From: an uncultured archaeon
GTDB taxonomy: Archaea > Thermoproteota > EX4484-205 > JAAOZP01
Length of the DNA stretch: 17,474 nt
Direction of reading: 5' to 3'
Assembly (NCBI GenBank): GCA_938045545.1
Contig: CALIBN010000009.1
Location: forward strand, 1 to 17,474
The position numbers were made by a program, and so were the translations under genes. Below, piece after piece: positions 1 through 5,869 of this stretch (positions are counted from its first letter, which is position 1; each line of letters begins with the position of its first letter). The notes under the pieces are model-generated. The model saw nothing but the letters and a program-made list of their open reading frames with translations. It searched no databases and was not told the origin of the DNA.

Positions 1-52
1 GCTTCTTAAGCTCCCCCGGAAAGCTCTTGGTTAACGCAGCCCTGTAGGGCAA
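1..52 (-). CDS. Possible N-terminus of a RelE/ParE-like type II toxin, running off the window edge
   Basis: TTG at 52 reads MPYRAALTKSFPGELKK, resembling the RelE-family start (Y-x-V-x-F-T-x-x-F-x-K-x-L-K-K-L). It starts 9 nt after the stop of an antitoxin-like peptide. Only 17 codons are visible. Confidence 0.4.
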   Translation of the reverse strand, partial: MPYRAALTKSFPGELKK

Positions 53-61
53 GGTGCTTGT

Positions 62-139
62 TCACTCGACGAGCTTGATTTCCTCACCGCTCTCCACGAT
101 AACGTAGTCTCCTCTTCGATACTCTTCTTCAGCCTCCCG
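62..139 (-). pseudogene. 5'-truncated remnant resembling the C-terminus of a RelB-like antitoxin
   Basis: Minus frame reads REAEEEYRRGDYVIVESGEEIKLVE*, an acidic antitoxin-like tail (EAEE-x-x-x-G-x-x-V). No ATG/GTG/TTG start upstream before an in-frame TGA. Confidence 0.4.
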
Positions 140-210
140 GAAGCATAAGCGGAACCAGCATAGTCGTCAGTGAAGAAGGCGCCGTCAAAGCGTTCCACGG
201 CGGAAGCTAT

Positions 211-1554
211 TTGCCCGCCGTAGTAACCACAAGCGCCCTAGGCCTCCAGCTTGGATTACTCGCTAAGCCTAGCGGGGAAGCGTTGACCATCTCCAGAGAA
301 AGCCTTCTAGCAAAAGGCATTCAGAAACCAGGGCTGCTCAGCATCACATACCTGAACGGGGAGACATCGACGGTAATCTACACCGGCGGAAGCCTTCAGG
401 CACCTTTACTCGCATATTCATCGGGAGCATTCGTAGGTGTTCAAGAGGTTGAGACAAGAGTTGTTTGGACGAGCATTAAGCAGGATGAGTTCTACTCCCA
501 GATAGCGAGCATCAGCGGGATCCTTGGAGGCATGCTTGGAGCGCAATTCTCACAAGAACTCGTTAAAACACTGTTGCTGAGCGGCCTCACCGATTCTCAA
601 GTGCTAGATATAGCTAACGAGCTCGTTAGAAGCGTTGAGTGGCTTAAGACGTTAAGTGCCAATAAGAGGATCGAGGCGATTAAGAAGATAACCGACTATG
701 TAAAGAAGGGAGATACCGCTGAGGAGGCGAGGAAGAAGCTTCAGAAGGAGGCTGAGGAATTCGTAAAGAATGTTGAACTTGAGATATCTAGTTTCTGCAA
801 CTCAATCTCATACACTACGCTTGCGAACGAGGTCGATGATCTCTCCAGGCACATCCTGAAGACCCTTGGGCCAGATGCCGCGAGGTGGCTCCTGAACCTC
901 TTGGCGGACAACTATTTGAAGGACAAGCGTTCCTACGGCGACGCCTATGCGAACGAGAGGCTGAGAAAGATAATCGAAAAGGGCCTCGAGTATCCCAGGA
1001 GCCTCGAGTATGGCTGCTCCTTGACATCCTCAATAGTTGAGGGTCTGATGATGACAGGGAAAGCAGCGGAGGAGCTTGACAGGATAGTTAAGGGATTGGA
1101 GGGATGGAGGACGGAATATCTCCTAACTGATAAAGAGATTAAGGGCATGACCTCAGATTCTACTTGGCACGGGGAACTCGCTAAAAGGAGGGCAAAACAA
1201 GCGATAATGGAGACTGGTGAGATTCTCGGAAGGAGAATAAAAGTAGATAGTGTATTAGAGGAAGTTTGGGTGGGATCGCGTAGAGTGGATCTGGTCTTCG
1301 AGAAGGAGGATGGAAAGCTGATAGTAGTCGAGGTTAAATCGACTATAGAGCCCCAAAGAGTTTGGTATATGTATCAGAAAGCTATAGAGTCTCTAAAAGT
1401 TGATCCAGGATACATAGAGCTAATTAAGAAGTATGGTCTTAAGAAAGGCGAGACAAAGATCAATAAAGAGGTTGAGGCTTATATAGCCTTCGTGTCATCC
1501 TTTGATAAGGAAAAGAGAATGTGGTTTATAGAGATGATAATGGAGGTGTCCTGA
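211..1554 (+). CDS. Putative polymorphic-toxin-type protein with C-terminal PD-(D/E)XK nuclease domain; probably 5'-truncated
   Basis: C-terminal motifs WHGELA...EEVWVGSRRVDLVFEKEDGKLIVVEVKST. The frame is open from 103, with protein-like sequence upstream of the TTG at 211 and no SD before it. Immediately followed by a coupled partner gene. Confidence 0.7.
   Translation: MPAVVTTSALGLQLGLLAKPSGEALTISRESLLAKGIQKPGLLSITYLNGETSTVIYTGGSLQAPLLAYSSGAFVGVQEVETRVVWTSIKQDEFYSQIASISGILGGMLGAQFSQELVKTLLLSGLTDSQVLDIANELVRSVEWLKTLSANKRIEAIKKITDYVKKGDTAEEARKKLQKEAEEFVKNVELEISSFCNSISYTTLANEVDDLSRHILKTLGPDAARWLLNLLADNYLKDKRSYGDAYANERLRKIIEKGLEYPRSLEYGCSLTSSIVEGLMMTGKAAEELDRIVKGLEGWRTEYLLTDKEIKGMTSDSTWHGELAKRRAKQAIMETGEILGRRIKVDSVLEEVWVGSRRVDLVFEKEDGKLIVVEVKSTIEPQRVWYMYQKAIESLKVDPGYIELIKKYGLKKGETKINKEVEAYIAFVSSFDKEKRMWFIEMIMEVS
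1542..1548 (+). promoter_or_regulatory. Shine-Dalgarno motif (GGAGGTG) for the 1558 gene, inside the last codons of the nuclease gene
   Basis: atGGAGGTGtcctgagcgATG, 9 nt upstream of ATG 1558. Confidence 0.75.
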
Positions 1555-1557
1555 GCG

Positions 1558-2262
1558 ATGAGGAACGAGGAAACAACCTCCCTCGATCGGTTCTTGAACA
1601 AGCTGGTCGAATATATGAACAAGCGTTATGAGAAAGGAAGGGCGATGGCAGGGTATCCTGCCCCAAAGTATTTTGCCCTGAAATATTGTGAAGGTCCTCC
1701 GTCAGTGATATCTGGTGGAAAGAAGAGCAGGATAGAGGGCGAGGTTTACGAGCTGGGAGTGCCGATCGGCAAGGGCGATAGGAAAATGAAATGGGAGGTC
1801 ACAGCGACTTGGAGGCTTCCTCATATAGAGGAGCTTGAAGATGGGGAAATTGTCATTACTTCCGGGAGCATGTACGAGCTGGGCGACGCCCTCTCTGGAG
1901 TCTACGGTATATATGAGGAGCAGAGAGAAGTCATCAGGGCCTTAGCAGACAGGAATAACTGGGAGAAGCTGAAGTTCACATACCCCCTCGTAGTAGGCAA
2001 CTTGGCCTACGCACACTACCTTGCTGAAAAAGTGAGTAGGGAAACCGGCATTAAAATCATACATTTCGTGCGCAAGGATGAGGAATTTACCTACTTCTTC
2101 ACTACCTTCGACTCCAAAGGAATGAGCGACGAGGAGAAGATGAGGATGATTGAGAAAGCACTCGACGCAATAGATATGGCTTCTAGATTCGAAGAACCCG
2201 TGAACCCTGAAAGGATTGAGTTTCTTGAAAAAGGAGGATACAAGGAACCCACGAAGCCATGA
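1558..2262 (+). CDS. Hypothetical protein, putative cognate immunity protein of the upstream nuclease
   Basis: 234 aa, strong SD, 3 nt after the nuclease stop. Paralogous to 3116..3622 (DRNNWEKLK/DRSNWEELK, TGIKII/TGIKLI, EEKMRMIEKALDAID/EEKMRMIEKTLDAID). Immunity role is inferred from position. Confidence 0.6.
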   Translation: MRNEETTSLDRFLNKLVEYMNKRYEKGRAMAGYPAPKYFALKYCEGPPSVISGGKKSRIEGEVYELGVPIGKGDRKMKWEVTATWRLPHIEELEDGEIVITSGSMYELGDALSGVYGIYEEQREVIRALADRNNWEKLKFTYPLVVGNLAYAHYLAEKVSRETGIKIIHFVRKDEEFTYFFTTFDSKGMSDEEKMRMIEKALDAIDMASRFEEPVNPERIEFLEKGGYKEPTKP

Positions 2263-2307
2263 AGGGTCACCACTGTTTCTACCTTGATTTAACCCTATTC
2301 CTGCTAG

Positions 2308-3114
2308 CAGACTGCTTGGGCTATCAGGGACAACGCGGGGTCGCATGTCGCCGCTTGGCTACTGGAATTCTTGGGGAGAAACTACCTGAGGGACGCGCAC
2401 TCCAAAGGCGTTGCCTACGCGGAGGAGAGGCTGAGAGAGACCCTTGAAAGAGGCCTCAAGTATAGTGAGAGCCTGAAGCAGAACTGTGCAATGGTAACGA
2501 GCATAGTTAAACTGTTGATGAAAATTAAGGAATTAAGAGACAGGATTAACAGGGGAGAGCCGATAGAAGATCTAAAATACTTAATTGGAGATATCGGCCA
2601 AGGCTACGTTAAGCTCTACTTAGAGCACAGCATTAAGGAAACTGTATCTATGTTGACGGATATCCCCAAGGAGGAGCTCAGGGTTGAAGGGCCGTTCGGA
2701 AGAGGGCCGGACTTCCGTGTTTACCATAATGACGAGATGGTTGCCATAGTTGAACTGAAAAGTACAACGGATTCTGAACGATATTCGAGAAGATCCTTCA
2801 TGGAGGGAGCTGAAGAGCAACTGCGCGCGCATGAACTAATTGCCAGGGTAGACTCGGCCTTCGAAACAGAAGATGGTAAACTGATAGTTGTCGAGGTCAA
2901 ATCAGTCACAAAGTTCTCAAATATTCCAAAACAATATGACGAGGCTATAGAGTCTTTAGAGAAGTATAAGGAACAGATTAACGAATATGGTCTTACTTTG
3001 AAGAAAGGACTACCACCTAGGAAGGACGTTGAAGCTTATATAGCCTGCCTAACGTCTTTTCATAAGGCATTCGGTCAGGGACGAGAAACTAAGATGGGAG
3101 GTTCATACAGGTAG
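2308..3114 (+). pseudogene. Orphan, chimeric toxin cassette: conserved pre-nuclease block, PD-(D/E)XK nuclease variant B (truncated) and C-terminal half of nuclease variant C
   Basis: Frame open from 2308. Homology to ORF 211..1554 begins upstream of the TTG at 2371 (AAWLLEFLGRNYL vs ARWLLNLLADNYL). Contains two catalytic-type motifs: GPDFRVYHNDEMVAIVELKST and RVDSAFETEDGKLIVVEVKS. Confidence 0.7.
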
Positions 3115-3622
3115 TGTGGCAGTCCCTCAGCTGTCAGAAGATTCCAACGGAGAAGTGTTTATTTATTCTGGAAGCATATATGATGTAGATGATGCCTTTG
3201 ATAATTATATATGTGAAATGTTTGCGAAGACCATTCCTGGATGGTGGGATATGGAAGATGAGGAGCAATATGCTCTTATAAGAAAAGAAGAGGAGACGTT
3301 TCGAAGTAAGTTGCCCGACAGAAGTAACTGGGAAGAACTCAAGCGGAACTACATGCCTATAATGGCTCACCTAGAGTACCATGATGAACTCGCCCGGGAG
3401 ATTGGCGAGAAAACGGGAATTAAACTCATCTATGCTTTCTCCTTAATGGTTGATTTCTCATTCTTTTATTCTCATTTCAACGCCAGCGGAATAAGTTATG
3501 AGGAAAAGATGAGGATGATTGAAAAAACACTTGATGCGATAGACCTAGCAACTAAGGAGGCAAAGTATCTTGAAGGTTATGAGAAGTTCCGCGAGTTCCG
3601 AAGGCTGAAGGGTTACGTATAA
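3071..3622 (+). pseudogene. 5'-truncated paralog of the putative immunity protein (could still be translated from GTG 3116)
   Basis: Homology to 1558..2262 extends upstream of GTG 3116 (DEKLRWEV vs DRKMKWEV). The first ~70 aa of the paralog have no counterpart here. Confidence 0.65.
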
Positions 3623-3654
3623 CAAGACTAATCCTTAAGCTAGAATATTGCTTT

Positions 3655-4251
3655 TTACACTGATGCGATTATATTTTTGCTTTTCATCAGGACGTCAATC
3701 TTGGTTATTATTCCTTCTAATTGCCCGTTTTTGGTTACTAAAACCGCATTATGTCCTTTTAAAAGATAATCTATAACGTCTGCTATACTCGCATCCGGCT
3801 CAACCATGGGATATACTGAAGAAATGGCTTCTACCACCTTTTTCTGGTAAAATTTCTCAACATCTTTCTCCCTGGAAAAGGCCTTCAAGAGTTCTAACTC
3901 CTCCACCGCCCCTATTGGCGCCCCGTTCCTTAATACAGGGAGCTGTGATATACCGTATCTGCGCATTAGCTTAACTGCTTTCTCAATAGTGTCGTCATGA
4001 TTTACAACGATGACGTCACGTACAGCTATGTCTATAGCTTTTGTTCCCTTACGCTGTTCTTCCTCTATTAATGCTTCAACTATCTTTCGGAGTGTTGAAA
4101 GACGCGGGTCTACCTGTTGTTTCTCGATTCTTGCTATTAATGCTTGACTTACTTTCGCTTTTTTAGCTAGTAAACTCTGGGTTAAACCCCTTCTTTTCCT
4201 CTCTTTACGTATCTCTTCCCCAGGCCGCTTTAGAAGATTAAGGAGATCCAT
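3655..4251 (-). CDS. Transcriptional regulator, XRE/Cro-type HTH plus tandem CBS domains (COG3620-like)
   Basis: N-terminal IRKERKRRGLTQSLLAKKAKVSQALIARIE...DPRLSTL HTH; CBS motifs GISQLPVL and GIITKIDVL. Confidence 0.9.
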   Translation of the reverse strand: MDLLNLLKRPGEEIRKERKRRGLTQSLLAKKAKVSQALIARIEKQQVDPRLSTLRKIVEALIEEEQRKGTKAIDIAVRDVIVVNHDDTIEKAVKLMRRYGISQLPVLRNGAPIGAVEELELLKAFSREKDVEKFYQKKVVEAISSVYPMVEPDASIADVIDYLLKGHNAVLVTKNGQLEGIITKIDVLMKSKNIIASV

Positions 4252-4284
4252 TGCTTGTCTAACCCTAACTCAGGCAAGGTATTT

Positions 4285-4674
4285 TTACTTTGCTCTTTTT
4301 CTAATGTCAATGTCGGCTTTGAGTTTTTCTAAAAGCGCCTTAATCAAATCCTCGTCTTGACCTTTGACTTGCATCATTATGCTTGTTATTTGCATGATTG
4401 CACTAAAATGTTCAGCATCCATTAGGCCTATGTATGACATTAATATCAATGTAATTATTGACTTTCTAACGTTTTCCTTGGCTTGGCTTAAAATTCTGAA
4501 AAAAGCCCCTTTAGGAATTTTTTTACCGTCAAAGTTTACATATCCATTCTCAACTATTCTCTGTTCTATACTGTTAGAATATAGTATCAGGGCCTTAAGT
4601 TGTTTGGAGGTAAGGTTTGATTCTTCCAAGAGTTTTTCCATGATAATGTTGGTTTTTCCATTCTTTTCCGTCAT
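4285..4674 (-). CDS. Hypothetical helical protein
   Basis: 129-aa ORF with ATG start and a BRE/TATA-like AAAAAGTATAAC about 30 nt upstream on the minus strand. Co-oriented with the HTH-CBS gene. Confidence 0.75.
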   Translation of the reverse strand: MTEKNGKTNIIMEKLLEESNLTSKQLKALILYSNSIEQRIVENGYVNFDGKKIPKGAFFRILSQAKENVRKSIITLILMSYIGLMDAEHFSAIMQITSIMMQVKGQDEDLIKALLEKLKADIDIRKRAK

Positions 4675-4808
4675 CTTTCTATTTTTGTTAACGACAGGCT
4701 CTAGTTATACTTTTTTGTATACCCCGTAAGGTTAAGCAGCATTTCCCTCGTCTCCGACTGACGGGGGAAAGGGAAAAATAGATGCGGGGAGAAAGTTTTT
4801 CTCAAAGT

Positions 4809-5048
4809 ATGGCTAGGAGAAGAAGGAGAGAGGCTAAGGTTATTCGTCGGGTTATCCCCAAGATTTTTACCTGTCCGAAATGCGGTATACAGGCTGTCTC
4901 TGTTATTGAGGATAAGGCCTCGGGGATCGTGAGAGTCGTATGCGGTAATTGCGGTTTGGCAACGAATCTAGAGTATGTTAAGAACATGGAGAACGTTGAC
5001 TATTTCAACAGGTTTGTAGATAAATATCACAGTGGAGAGCTTTCTTAG
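4809..5048 (+). CDS. elf1: Transcription elongation factor Elf1 (zinc ribbon)
   Basis: MARRRRR basic N-terminus, PKIFTCPKCG and VVCGNCG zinc knuckles, VDYFNRFVD tail. Start re-set to ATG 4809. Confidence 0.9.
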   Translation: MARRRRREAKVIRRVIPKIFTCPKCGIQAVSVIEDKASGIVRVVCGNCGLATNLEYVKNMENVDYFNRFVDKYHSGELS

Positions 5049-5060
5049 GCTCTTTTTAGA

Positions 5061-5068
5061 TTTATATA
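5061..5068 (+). promoter_or_regulatory. TATA box for a probably leaderless GGGPS-polC transcript
   Basis: TTTATATA ending 23 nt upstream of the likely TTG start at 5092. Confidence 0.55.
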
Positions 5069-5091
5069 TCCTGCAACTTGCTTTAAACAGG

Positions 5092-5865
5092 TTGCAGATA
5101 GGGAAAACAGAAAAATACTTATGCGAGAAGATTGAGGAAAACGGTTTCATCCATATAACCTTGATCGATCCTGAGAAAATGAACAGGATCGAGGAAGTAG
5201 TCAGGGCGGCTGAGGCCTCAGGTTCCTCTGCGTTCATGGTTGGTGGAAGCACTTCACACAGAACCTCTGACTATGAGGAAGCTATTGTTAAGATTAAATC
5301 TAATTCAAAATTGCCTGTGATAATTTTCCCCAGCAACGTTGCAAGCATAGCGCGCGGCGCTGATGCAATATGGTTCATGTCTCTGCTAAACTCGTCAAAC
5401 CCATACTATATTATCGGCGCGCAGGTACTCGGAATCAAGACCATAAGAGAATTGGGTTTGGAAACTATTCCGATGGCTTATCTGATACTTGGGACAGGTG
5501 GAGCAGCTGGATACATAGGTGATGCTAGGCCTCTCCCTTTTGAGATACCCGAGTTGACAGTCGGCTACGCTATGGCGGCTGAGGCTCTCGGCTTCAGATT
5601 TATCTATCTCGAAGCTGGCTCTGGTGTTGCGATGCATGTCCCAGAAAAGCTGATAACCATGGTTAAAAAATGCATTAATGTTCCACTGGTTGTAGGTGGG
5701 GGGATAAGAGACGGCTTAGCTGCTGAAAATGTTGTTTCCGCGGGTGCTGATGTAATAGTTACGGGTGATGTTTTGGAGGAAACCAGCATTCTAGAGGAAA
5801 AGCTTTACGAGATAATAGAGGGTGGGCGGAAAGGCGCGTTAAAAAAGGCAACATTAAAGGCTTAG
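5092..5865 (+). CDS. Geranylgeranylglyceryl phosphate synthase (GGGPS, archaeal lipid synthesis)
   Basis: Motifs HITLIDPEK, FMVGGST, LPVIIFP, SLLNS.NPYYIIG, IYLEAGSG, VGGGIR, GAD.IVTG. Start moved from 5032 to TTG 5092. Confidence 0.93.
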   Translation: MQIGKTEKYLCEKIEENGFIHITLIDPEKMNRIEEVVRAAEASGSSAFMVGGSTSHRTSDYEEAIVKIKSNSKLPVIIFPSNVASIARGADAIWFMSLLNSSNPYYIIGAQVLGIKTIRELGLETIPMAYLILGTGGAAGYIGDARPLPFEIPELTVGYAMAAEALGFRFIYLEAGSGVAMHVPEKLITMVKKCINVPLVVGGGIRDGLAAENVVSAGADVIVTGDVLEETSILEEKLYEIIEGGRKGALKKATLKA

Positions 5866-5869
5866 GCCG

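Noticed and set aside
40-139. Alternative reading of the minus-strand peptide GDYVIVESGEEIKLVE*TST as a broken PD-(D/E)XK motif
   Set aside because: It needs a stop and loss of the catalytic Lys. An antitoxin tail followed by a RelE-like start explains both peptides more simply, though this is not fully excluded.
2259-2447. 62-aa ORF overlapping the partner-1 stop (ATGA)
   Set aside because: It runs out of frame across the region whose other frame is clearly homologous to the pre-toxin block; no recognisable features.
1-3622. CRISPR array, IS element or restriction-modification system as the explanation for the accessory region
   Set aside because: No regularly spaced repeats, transposase, terminal inverted repeats, methyltransferase or NTPase motifs were seen; the repeats are diverged protein-coding paralogies.
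4782-4808. N-terminal extension on Elf1
   Set aside because: Elf1 proteins begin M-(G/A)-R-R; ATG 4809 fits, and the upstream ATG lies inside the stem-loop.
5032-5091. Hydrophobic N-terminal extension on GGGPS in the ORF track
   Set aside because: It overlaps the elf1 end and a TATA box; family similarity begins near TTG 5092.
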